In this document: positions 1 through 7,122 of the stretch, in pieces
Layout of the letters: each line of letters starts with the position of its first letter
Position numbering within the stretch: position 1 is the first letter of the stretch
Virus record (IMG/VR): IMGVR_UViG_3300037507_003993
DNA from: an uncultured virus (IMG/VR IMGVR_UViG_3300037507_003993)
Taxonomy: Duplodnaviria; Heunggongvirae; Uroviricota; Caudoviricetes
Direction: 5' to 3' (one strand)
Length of the DNA stretch: 20,000 nucleotides
Program-made: the position numbers and the translations under genes
Notes under the pieces: model-generated
The model's database searches: none
What the model saw: only the letters and a program-made list of their open reading frames with translations
What the model was told of the DNA's origin: nothing

Positions 1-1591
1 ATCGGTCCGCGTTTTCAACGGCTTTTTGCTCCCACTCAGAAAGTTCTTTATTGGCAGACTTGAACTGCATTCCGTTATCAAACGCTGATAGTGCGGTCGG
101 CGAAGCCATCACTGGTTGCTGCTGCCCCTGTCCTTCTGCGGCAAGCGCTTCAGTCATGGTGCTCGGTTTTTCATTAAAATTAACTAATTGAGCAGGTATC
201 TCACCTGGCGCAGCCGGCTGTTCTGGTTGCCCTGTGGGTTCTTGTCCGGGTGCTGGTGGTTGTCCATCTGGAACCATTCCTGCCGCCGCAACACCGGGCA
301 TTCCCGGCTGCGCGCCACCCGCAGCCGCCATTTGTGCTGCCTGTTGTGTTGAATCAAACTTCTTATCGGTGTATCCAATCGGCGTGAGGTTTGGATTGGC
401 AAGCATTGCTTGCATTAGGTCGGAATCAATTTTCTTTCGACCCGTTTCTCTTCTGTATTCATTTCCACTAATGAGACCGTTCTGAAATTCATCAAGCAAA
501 TAACGTTCTCTTTCTTGCTTGTAAAGAACAAGAATTGGAACTTCCGAAGTGTCAAAGTCAATGTAGTACTCATCATCTAGCTCATCTAGGCCGCGCCCAA
601 TCAGCTCCATGTGCGGCAGCATTGTTTCATTCCAAAACACTCGATGCTCTTCTGCGGCATTACTGAAAGTTCTTCCTGATGCATTGCCGATGACTGACTC
701 TGGAACTCCGAAGGAAGCAAGAATTTCTTCTTTGGTGATTTGTCGCATCTGGATATAGTTGGCGTCACGAGGATTTGAGCCAGTGTCCACATAGTCGACA
801 CCTTCGTCTGATGAGACAACAGTCACTGCACCGGCGCGATTTATATTTCCACGGAAACGACTACGCAATTCATCTTTGTCGTCGTCATCTATTTCCCCTC
901 GCACAACAAGCAAACCACCCGGCCTGCCGTCGTTGAGCAGGAAATTCCTGTTATAAATTTTTGAAAGATTTTCTATTTCAATAGCGACACCAGCTGATTC
1001 AAGTGGAGTCAGTGACAGATATGGGTCTAGGGGGTGAGGCTTGCGAATCCATATGACATCTTGCGGTTTTAGAATTGCTTTAGTGCCGTTCCGCATGTCC
1101 ACTTCAAAACCTGCAATGAAATTTTTTGCATCTGGAATTGGGGATGTGTGTTGCGGTGGAAGAAGGTGTAGCGCTATGACTCCACCATTTCTCCCTCTGA
1201 CCTTCTCAATAAATGCACCCCTGGTTGACATGAGTAGCTGAGAAGAAAGCCTGTATCTGAATACAAAAGAGTTTTCGCCAATATTTGCTTTAGTGTTTAG
1301 CAAATTGAGAATTTTATGGTCTCTGTTATTTTTTACAATTTTTCCGTCTGGAGAATTGTCTTCGCGGAGTATTGCTGGAAGTCTTGCTTGGTTTCCTGCT
1401 ATTGCGTCAATACACCTATTAACCCATGTGACCTTCTGCATTCCCTCTCTGTATGCACGTTCGATATCCCAAGAGTCCCTATAGGGTTTGCCTTGAAGAC
1501 CGGTGTTGTATGCAACTGGGGCGCCAGGTCCAATAGCGGACTTTTGCCCTGACGATGAAGCAGATTTGTTATTGGTTGAGTTCCAAGCCAT
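1..1591 (-). CDS. Phage portal protein (HK97 family) with C-terminal extension; 3' end lies beyond the window edge
   Basis: Absent from the ORF track because it has no stop in the window. Manual translation from ATG at 1591 gives MAWNSTNNKS...WVNRCIDAIAGNQARLP...GAFIEKVRGRNGGVIALHLLPPQ...DVIWIRKPHPLDPYLSLTPLE...NFLLNDGRPGGLL...EEILASFGVPESVIG...TFSNAAE...NEYRRETG, which are typical HK97-portal motifs. The frame is open for 530 codons to position 1. Confidence 0.93.
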   Translation of the reverse strand, partial: MAWNSTNNKSASSSGQKSAIGPGAPVAYNTGLQGKPYRDSWDIERAYREGMQKVTWVNRCIDAIAGNQARLPAILREDNSPDGKIVKNNRDHKILNLLNTKANIGENSFVFRYRLSSQLLMSTRGAFIEKVRGRNGGVIALHLLPPQHTSPIPDAKNFIAGFEVDMRNGTKAILKPQDVIWIRKPHPLDPYLSLTPLESAGVAIEIENLSKIYNRNFLLNDGRPGGLLVVRGEIDDDDKDELRSRFRGNINRAGAVTVVSSDEGVDYVDTGSNPRDANYIQMRQITKEEILASFGVPESVIGNASGRTFSNAAEEHRVFWNETMLPHMELIGRGLDELDDEYYIDFDTSEVPILVLYKQERERYLLDEFQNGLISGNEYRRETGRKKIDSDLMQAMLANPNLTPIGYTDKKFDSTQQAAQMAAAGGAQPGMPGVAAAGMVPDGQPPAPGQEPTGQPEQPAAPGEIPAQLVNFNEKPSTMTEALAAEGQGQQQPVMASPTALSAFDNGMQFKSANKELSEWEQKAVENADR

Positions 1592-1600
1592 GTTTTATGA

Positions 1601-1765
1601 TTAATCCAGTCCGAGCAGCAGGCCAACAGCCCCACAGCACACGCCAGCCACTACGAATCCGACCGGAATGCTAAAAATAAACGCACCTGTTGTAGTCATA
1701 ATTATAAATGACCCCATAAGGAGATTGGCAGCTCTTGCCCTAGTAAACCATTGTACTATTTTCAT
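1601..1765 (-). CDS. Small hydrophobic (membrane) protein upstream of portal, 54 aa
   Basis: Manual translation MKIVQWFTRARAANLLMGSFIIMTTTGAFIFSIPVGFVVAGVCCGAVGLLLGLD*. GAGGAG SD-like sequence lies just upstream of the ATG and the stop is 9 nt before the portal ATG. It is below the ORF track length cutoff. Confidence 0.8.
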   Translation of the reverse strand: MKIVQWFTRARAANLLMGSFIIMTTTGAFIFSIPVGFVVAGVCCGAVGLLLGLD

Positions 1766-1844
1766 GTCTCCTCATCAAAAACAGAACATTGCATAATTTA
1801 ATACTAGTATGGTTTATCATTCTCGGCAGAGAGCAGGCTTATAA
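1766..1844. promoter_or_regulatory. Divergent promoter region between portal operon and terminase operon
   Basis: 79 bp AT-rich gap between head-to-head genes. The perfect palindrome ATACTAGTAT (1801-1810) supplies a TAGTAT -10-like hexamer on both strands; TATCAT is at 1815-1820. Confidence 0.5.
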
Positions 1845-3149
1845 ATGACGAATTGGGACAAAGTTCTCGAATATCTAAAACCGAAGGAACCGCTTTATTG
1901 TCCTGAGGCGCCATCCATAACTCAGAAAGTATTTTTGCGTTCTTACTCCATAGAGGCATTATTCGGTGGGGCTGCTGGCGGAGGCAAGAGTTCAGCCCTA
2001 CTCATGTCGGCCCTGCAATACGTTGACATCCCTGGGTATTCAGCGATTCTCTTCAGAAAGACTTACGCAGACCTCGCGCTCCCCGGCGCCCTAATGGACC
2101 GATTCCGCTCATGGATTTCAAATTATGACGAAGTCCATTGGAATGGCAGCACCTATGTGGCCACCTTTCCGTCTGGGGCTCGAATATCATTCGGGTATCT
2201 GAACAACACCAATGACTACCTTCGATATAAAGGTTCGGAATTTCAATTTATTGGAATGGATGAGGTGACCGAAATCAGGGAATCTGATTATCGATACCTG
2301 TTCTCTCGCTTGCGCCGACCAGCAACAGGCGAGCTTTCCAAGGTTCCGCTGAGGATGAGGGCGGCTTCAAACCCAGCACCCAACTGGGTCAGACAAAGAT
2401 TCATCGTGGAGGGAGCGGATTCTGGGAGGATTTTCGTTCCGTCGATGCTTACTGACAACCCCGGAATCGATGCTGACTCATATCGTCAGGCCCTGTCCGC
2501 CCTGGACCCGATTGAGCGCAGAAGGCTCGAGATGGGCGACTGGTGGGCTACTACTTTAGGAACTCTTTTTGATAGAACTAATTTTGTTGTTATTGATTCC
2601 TCTGAAGTTCCACAGGTGTTGTCATCTGCGCGTGCCGTAAGATTCTGGGACTTGGCGGCCACCGAACCATCGTCTAGCAATCCAAACCCCGACTACACCG
2701 TTGGAACACTGATGCTTTTCGACCAGGGCATTGCCTATGTTCTGGATGTGCGCAGACAGAGAGTTAAAAACGAAAAAGTAGAACAGCTAATTGCACAAAC
2801 AGCTTATGAAGATGGTCACTCTGTTGCAATCAGGATGGAGCAAGAACCGGGTTCGTCTGGAAAGGCCCTAGTTGACCAATATGCCCGATATGTCGTTCCT
2901 GGGTATGATTTTCAAGGAATACGCTCCACTGGAGACAAGCTAACCCGTTCCCGACCCTTTTCCGCAGCGGTTGCAAATGGCAATGTCCGTGTCGTGCGAG
3001 GCTCATGGCTAACCGACTGGTTCGACGAATTTTCATCCTTCCCTGAGGCCTGTGACCACGACGACCAGGTGGACTCGGCGGTTGGAGCTTTTTCATTTTT
3101 AGCTGGTTTGGGGTTGCCGCAGCGGCGTCCGGTGTCTATAATCATCTGA
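1845..3149 (+). CDS. terL: Terminase large subunit
   Basis: Walker A GGAAGGGKS, Walker B FIGMDE, coupling motif ASNP, and RNase H-like nuclease residues in FWDLAAT and HDDQVDS. Confidence 0.95.
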   Translation: MTNWDKVLEYLKPKEPLYCPEAPSITQKVFLRSYSIEALFGGAAGGGKSSALLMSALQYVDIPGYSAILFRKTYADLALPGALMDRFRSWISNYDEVHWNGSTYVATFPSGARISFGYLNNTNDYLRYKGSEFQFIGMDEVTEIRESDYRYLFSRLRRPATGELSKVPLRMRAASNPAPNWVRQRFIVEGADSGRIFVPSMLTDNPGIDADSYRQALSALDPIERRRLEMGDWWATTLGTLFDRTNFVVIDSSEVPQVLSSARAVRFWDLAATEPSSSNPNPDYTVGTLMLFDQGIAYVLDVRRQRVKNEKVEQLIAQTAYEDGHSVAIRMEQEPGSSGKALVDQYARYVVPGYDFQGIRSTGDKLTRSRPFSAAVANGNVRVVRGSWLTDWFDEFSSFPEACDHDDQVDSAVGAFSFLAGLGLPQRRPVSIII

Positions 3150-3178
3150 CAAAGTATCAACTAGAGCAAGGGGTATAT

Positions 3179-3697
3179 ATGAGTAACGAAAACATCACTA
3201 CGTCCGAGTTTAAAGAACTTGTCGCAAAAATGACAGAGGACTTCATGACTTTGGATAAATTGTTCAAGGAAATGTGTTTGAGCGATGAACCGCTTTCCGA
3301 AGTTGCGGATGCAATGGTGAGCGTTCATGCTCTTAAGGCAGAAATGTCAGTTATGTACGACTCGGTTTGTCATTCCATGATTGGCAAAATGGCCAACGTC
3401 CCAGAAGTGTCATCTAGCGACGGAAGTTTAATCGAGAAAAAGGGTGGTTCTGACAGGAAGAAGTGGGACCACGAAGGCCTTGCAAAGAATGTTGCTAGTC
3501 GAATCAATGACATGGCGGTTGACCTTGATACTGGAGAGGTAATCATGACCCCACAGGACATGATGGTAAAGATGCTCGACTTTGCAGCAGTTTCATACTG
3601 GCGAATAAAAGAACTTGCCAAAATTGGAGTATCTGCAGATAGCTTTTGTGAAGTGAGCGAATCCAAAACAAGCATTATCGTACGAAAGGCAAAATAA
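3179..3697 (+). CDS. Hypothetical protein, 172 aa
   Basis: ORF tightly packed between terL and the Rad52-like gene, with AAGGGG upstream. No motif recognised. Confidence 0.8.
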   Translation: MSNENITTSEFKELVAKMTEDFMTLDKLFKEMCLSDEPLSEVADAMVSVHALKAEMSVMYDSVCHSMIGKMANVPEVSSSDGSLIEKKGGSDRKKWDHEGLAKNVASRINDMAVDLDTGEVIMTPQDMMVKMLDFAAVSYWRIKELAKIGVSADSFCEVSESKTSIIVRKAK

Positions 3698-3699
3698 CA

Positions 3700-4356
3700 A
3701 TGACAAACATCTACTCCCAACTAACCGAGCCATTTCCACAAGAAATGGAGCGCTCCCTCAATAAGGGTGGTGCCAATCTCGCATACATTCCGGTGAGCGA
3801 AGTTATTAATCGCATGAACAAAATCTTAGGAGTTGAAAACTGGTCGTTCACTGTAAAGAACTGGCAACAACTTGGTAATTCGATTGTCGCTCATGTTTCT
3901 GTCGTGACAACTATTTCTGGCAACACCGTAACGCGTGATGGTGTTGGGGGACAAAAAATCAAGATGACCAAGCAGGGCGAACCAGTGGATATTGGCGACG
4001 AGGTCAAGGGCGCTGTTTCTGATGCCCTTAAAAAAGCCGTGCAGACAATGGGTGTGGGTCTTTACCTTGCTCGCAGTCAAGACGCCATCGAAATTGAACA
4101 GGTAATGGAGGCCGAGATAGTTACTGCCTCGGAGCCACCTTCGCCATCAAAGATGACCTGGGAAAGCTTCATGTCTGTAAGTAAGGGTTTGAGCAAAGAC
4201 CAAAAGGAACAGTTGCGTTCTGCGTGGACACAGTGGAGCGACGGCAAGCCAACACCCACAAAAGACACCGTTACCGAAGAACAGGCAAATTTTCTCCTTA
4301 CAGAAGCAACTCGTTTAACATTTGGTGGGACAATCATAGAAACGCCTGCCAAGTGA
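3700..4356 (+). CDS. Rad52/Sak-like single-strand annealing protein
   Basis: LAYIPVSEVINRMNKILGVENWSF...RDGVGG...KGAVSDALKKAVQTMGVGLYL matches the Rad52/Rad22 family core. Confidence 0.85.
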   Translation: MTNIYSQLTEPFPQEMERSLNKGGANLAYIPVSEVINRMNKILGVENWSFTVKNWQQLGNSIVAHVSVVTTISGNTVTRDGVGGQKIKMTKQGEPVDIGDEVKGAVSDALKKAVQTMGVGLYLARSQDAIEIEQVMEAEIVTASEPPSPSKMTWESFMSVSKGLSKDQKEQLRSAWTQWSDGKPTPTKDTVTEEQANFLLTEATRLTFGGTIIETPAK

Positions 4357-5138
4357 GCGATGTAAAACCAGAGCTTCCAGCACACCTTTCAGCTTCGTCA
4401 ATTCAAACGTACATTCAGTGTCCGCTGAAGTTTAAGCTGTCTCGTGTCGACAAAATTCAAGAGCCGCCAACGATGCAGACATTGTTGGGAAATTTCGTAC
4501 ACGATGTGCTGGAGCATTTCTACGTCGCCTATCAGCCGGAAGAGAGGACTGTTGTGTCTGCTCGACACGCATGTACTCACGTATGGTCCAGTGGCGGTTG
4601 GGCAGACAGGGTTGCCCCTTATCTGAAGAGAACGCCAATCAACGATTTTCGATGGAGCGCATGGTGGTGCGTGGAGAACATTTTCCTTCTTGAAAACCCG
4701 TCTCTGGTTCAGCCATCTGGAATCGAATACGAAGTCCTTGGCGAGATAGATGGCGTTCTTATTAAGGGATTCATCGACAGGTGGACGGAAATCGATGGGG
4801 TTGTGACAATCACGGACTACAAAACCGGAAAAACTCCAGCGCCTAAGTACATGGCGGATAAATGGTTTCAGCTCAGCCTTTACGCGATTCTTCTTGCCGA
4901 ATTAGAGAATAAGCAATCATTCAACCTGGAGCTCTTATACCTAAAAGACGGTGTTGCGAAAAAACATTTGCCAACTGCAGATGATTTTTCAAGCACGAGA
5001 AATACAATAACAACAACAAAGAAGGAGATAGTAAATTCTTATGACAATTCAACATGGACAGCGATTCCATCAAACCTCTGCAATTGGTGTCACTTCAAGT
5101 CAAATCTCTGTACATATTGGAACCCAAAAGATGAATGA
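4353..5138 (+). CDS. PD-(D/E)XK RecB/Cas4-like exonuclease with probable Fe-S cluster
   Basis: HLSASSIQTYIQCP, GNFVHDVLE, KGFIDR, TDYKTG, QLSLY and C-terminal CNWC-x6-C. Start moved from 4224 to GTG 4353 (GTGA overlap with the upstream stop). Confidence 0.88.
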   Translation: MSDVKPELPAHLSASSIQTYIQCPLKFKLSRVDKIQEPPTMQTLLGNFVHDVLEHFYVAYQPEERTVVSARHACTHVWSSGGWADRVAPYLKRTPINDFRWSAWWCVENIFLLENPSLVQPSGIEYEVLGEIDGVLIKGFIDRWTEIDGVVTITDYKTGKTPAPKYMADKWFQLSLYAILLAELENKQSFNLELLYLKDGVAKKHLPTADDFSSTRNTITTTKKEIVNSYDNSTWTAIPSNLCNWCHFKSNLCTYWNPKDE

Positions 5139-5616
5139 TGATATGTTTGCTCGCCTTGTTGCAGAGGATGTCAAAAATCGAGTGTCGGACACACAGAGCG
5201 AATACATTCATTTGCCTCAAAATCGTGAGCGATGGAAGAGAGCCCTTCTCGCATTGGTGCGAAATCTTGATGAGCAAATTGCCGACATCAAAGACGATAA
5301 AGAACTTGATTCCCAGAGATACGCAGATTTGGGTTCTGACGGCACGGTACTCCTAGCCGAAGCAATGCAGTCCTACGATGGCAGGCTGACGAAAATTGAA
5401 CGCTTCAGATTCTTTGTCAATAAGCGTCTTGATTACGTTGTTTCCCTGGGTGAAGATGAGGGTGCAATCTCTCGTGCGAATTTCCTTGAGTCCGCAATCC
5501 TAAAACACAAGTCACTTATGGATGAGTTCGACATGGAGCCAACCGACATCGATGTCGCCTTGTGGGCATCGTTAGAAAATAAATGGCAGTTCGACGATGT
5601 AATATCTCCTGAGTGA
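5131..5616 (+). CDS. Hypothetical helical protein, ~161 aa
   Basis: ATG at 5131 overlaps the end of the nuclease gene and the stop overlaps the HNH start (GTGA). No motif recognised. Confidence 0.75.
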   Translation: MNDDMFARLVAEDVKNRVSDTQSEYIHLPQNRERWKRALLALVRNLDEQIADIKDDKELDSQRYADLGSDGTVLLAEAMQSYDGRLTKIERFRFFVNKRLDYVVSLGEDEGAISRANFLESAILKHKSLMDEFDMEPTDIDVALWASLENKWQFDDVISPE

Positions 5617-5915
5617 GATATCGTTCAAAAAAGAAACAAAAAGAGTATTTGCTTAGGCGTCCACTCGTAGAAAAACTTCTGTCAGAAAAACCATTTTGTG
5701 AAGCATGTCCTGTGTTTGCTGAACATGATGAGAAGTTGACATATGTTCGTAACAGAAGTTGCGACATTCACGAAATAATTAGACGCTCTCAGGGTGGGTC
5801 GATACTCGATGAGGAAAATCTTCTTGCGGTATGCAGGCCATGTCACAATCGAATTGGAAACTATCCGCAGCTTGCTTTTGATTTAGGTTTAGCCAAGCAC
5901 GGCTGGGAACGTTAA
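5613..5915 (+). CDS. HNH endonuclease, 100 aa
   Basis: CEAC...DIHEIIRRSQGGS...ENLLAVCRPCHNRI: two CxxC pairs plus an HNH-type core. Confidence 0.88.
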   Translation: MRYRSKKKQKEYLLRRPLVEKLLSEKPFCEACPVFAEHDEKLTYVRNRSCDIHEIIRRSQGGSILDEENLLAVCRPCHNRIGNYPQLAFDLGLAKHGWER

Positions 5916-5964
5916 AACATTACTTGCGTTTACAACACGAAAGACATTTCAGTTGTAGAATTAA

Positions 5965-6044
5965 TATCCTTAGGACCGTTATAGGCGCGAGGGCCGGGGG
6001 CACAGGGCAACGTGCAGCCCCCGGTTCTTGCGTCTCTTTTTTTA
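5965..6044 (+). ncRNA. Candidate structured RNA / very long terminator-like hairpin (element 1)
   Basis: Uninterrupted 18-bp stem 5983-6000/6018-6035 with 4 G-U pairs, a 17-nt apical region CACAGGGCAACGTGCAG and a following T7 run. The 5' boundary is approximate. Confidence 0.45.
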
Positions 6045-6087
6045 TGTGCGCGCCAACATCTCTTTACCTGAGCTAATAATTTTGTAA

Positions 6088-6096
6088 TGGTACTCT
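6088..6096 (+). promoter_or_regulatory. Extended -10 promoter candidate (TGgTACTCT)
   Basis: Matches TGnTAnnnT, lies in an AT-rich stretch downstream of the element 1 U-tract and just upstream of element 2. No clear -35. Confidence 0.45.
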
Positions 6097-6102
6097 AAGG
6101 TC

Positions 6103-6229
6103 TTACAGCCGTTTCTGAGAAAAGAAAGGCAGGTGGTCCAAGGTCTAGTGGTGAATAACTACGCAAAGTAGACATGGACGTCTGTCTGTGTTAATTCCCG
6201 TCGGGATTACACCCGGCGGGTCTTTGTTT
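6103..6229 (+). ncRNA. Candidate ~125 nt small RNA (element 2)
   Basis: Nested helices 6127-6134/6180-6187, 6136-6140/6175-6179, 6143-6147/6169-6173 and 6148-6152/6158-6162. Bounded by a promoter-like motif and a terminator hairpin; no substantial ORF. Confidence 0.5.
6197..6229 (+). terminator. Intrinsic terminator candidate
   Basis: CCCGTCGGG-attaca-CCCGGCGGG 9-bp stem followed by TCTTTGTTT. Confidence 0.65.
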
Positions 6230-6246
6230 GTGGGGTAGAGTTTTGC

Positions 6247-6777
6247 GTGCCCATGAACATCCTAGGTCTCGACCTATCACTTACATCCACTGGGTATTGC
6301 CATGCTGGAGAAGCTGGTTATCTTTCTTTTGATTTATCTGGAGCTGAAAGATTGAGGAAAATAGCCAGCGAAATTGGCAATATTGCGGTTTCCAACAAAA
6401 TACAATTGGTAGCCATAGAGGGTTATTCTTTTGCATCAAGAAATTCTCAGGCTCACTCAATCGGGGAGCTTGGCGGTGTCGTCAGGGTTGCCTTGCTAAA
6501 TCTTGATATTCCATACATAATCGTGCCTCCTACCTGTCGAGCAAAATTTGCCACAGGCAAAGGGAACGCTGGCAAGTCAGAAGTCATATCTGCAATATCA
6601 GCTATTACGGGAATAGTTTGGAAAGGGGGGCATGCTGATGATATGTGCGATGCGTGGGTTCTTGAAGAAATGGTTTTGGCAAAAATTGGAAATGCAAAAT
6701 ATAAGTGGTCAAACATTTCTCTCTCGGCGCTAGAGAAGATAGACTGGTCCCCACTCGAAGGGATAGAAAATGAATAG
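6247..6777 (+). CDS. ruvC: RuvC-like Holliday junction resolvase
   Basis: ILGLDLSLTSTG, VAIEG, KFATGKGNAGKSEV and DDMCDA carry the RuvC catalytic D/E/D pattern. Start is GTG 6247 or ATG 6253. Confidence 0.9.
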   Translation: MPMNILGLDLSLTSTGYCHAGEAGYLSFDLSGAERLRKIASEIGNIAVSNKIQLVAIEGYSFASRNSQAHSIGELGGVVRVALLNLDIPYIIVPPTCRAKFATGKGNAGKSEVISAISAITGIVWKGGHADDMCDAWVLEEMVLAKIGNAKYKWSNISLSALEKIDWSPLEGIENE

Positions 6778-7120
6778 AAGTCAACCAATCAGCCAGGTGG
6801 ACATTGAGCGAGAAATGATGAGATTGCTCGACCTGCTCGAAAAAGAAACTGAAAACTTTGAAATACTCGCCGTGGACGCGGCAAAAAAGGACGCCAGGTA
6901 CAAGGCGGAATGGGCAAAAGAATATCTAGGAGCTGCTGGTAAGGGGCACAGAACAATCACCGACAGAGAGCAATGGTCTCATTACAAGATGGAACAAATG
7001 AAAGAGGATTACGAAATCGCGGAAGCACTAGTTAGGGCAAAGCGAGAAAAACTTCTTTCACTCAGGACGAGTATTGATGCCTTGCGAACCCTCAACGCCA
7101 ATGTCCGCGCCCAGGTTTAG
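6770..7120 (+). CDS. Hypothetical coiled-coil protein, 116 aa
   Basis: Overlaps the ruvC stop; charged helical sequence. Confidence 0.8.
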   Translation: MNRSQPISQVDIEREMMRLLDLLEKETENFEILAVDAAKKDARYKAEWAKEYLGAAGKGHRTITDREQWSHYKMEQMKEDYEIAEALVRAKREKLLSLRTSIDALRTLNANVRAQV

Positions 7121-7122
7121 AA

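Noticed and set aside
184..1635. Short ORFs in the track (e.g. 234-485 +, 601-819 -, 1399-1635 -)
   Set aside because: They are antisense or off-frame shadows of the portal gene, which occupies 1-1591 on the minus strand.
1845..3149. Intein or intron in the terminase
   Set aside because: The 434 aa length is compact, the motifs are contiguous and no splice-junction motifs were seen.
4224..4352. Longer N-terminus of the nuclease ORF
   Set aside because: It overlaps the Rad52-like gene by about 130 nt. GTG 4353 gives a standard 4-nt overlap and starts just before the conserved motif.
5996..6022. Resemblance of CAGG-GCAA-...GCAG to SRP RNA domain IV
   Set aside because: It lacks the short stem between CAGG and the GNRA loop and the AGCA internal-loop strand, so the match is only superficial.
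4353..6246. CRISPR or mini-array associated with the Cas4-like nuclease
   Set aside because: No direct repeats with spacers were seen. Stand-alone Cas4/RecB-like nucleases are common in phages.
5916..6246. tRNA gene in the intergenic gap
   Set aside because: No cloverleaf or GTTCRA T-loop motif was found.
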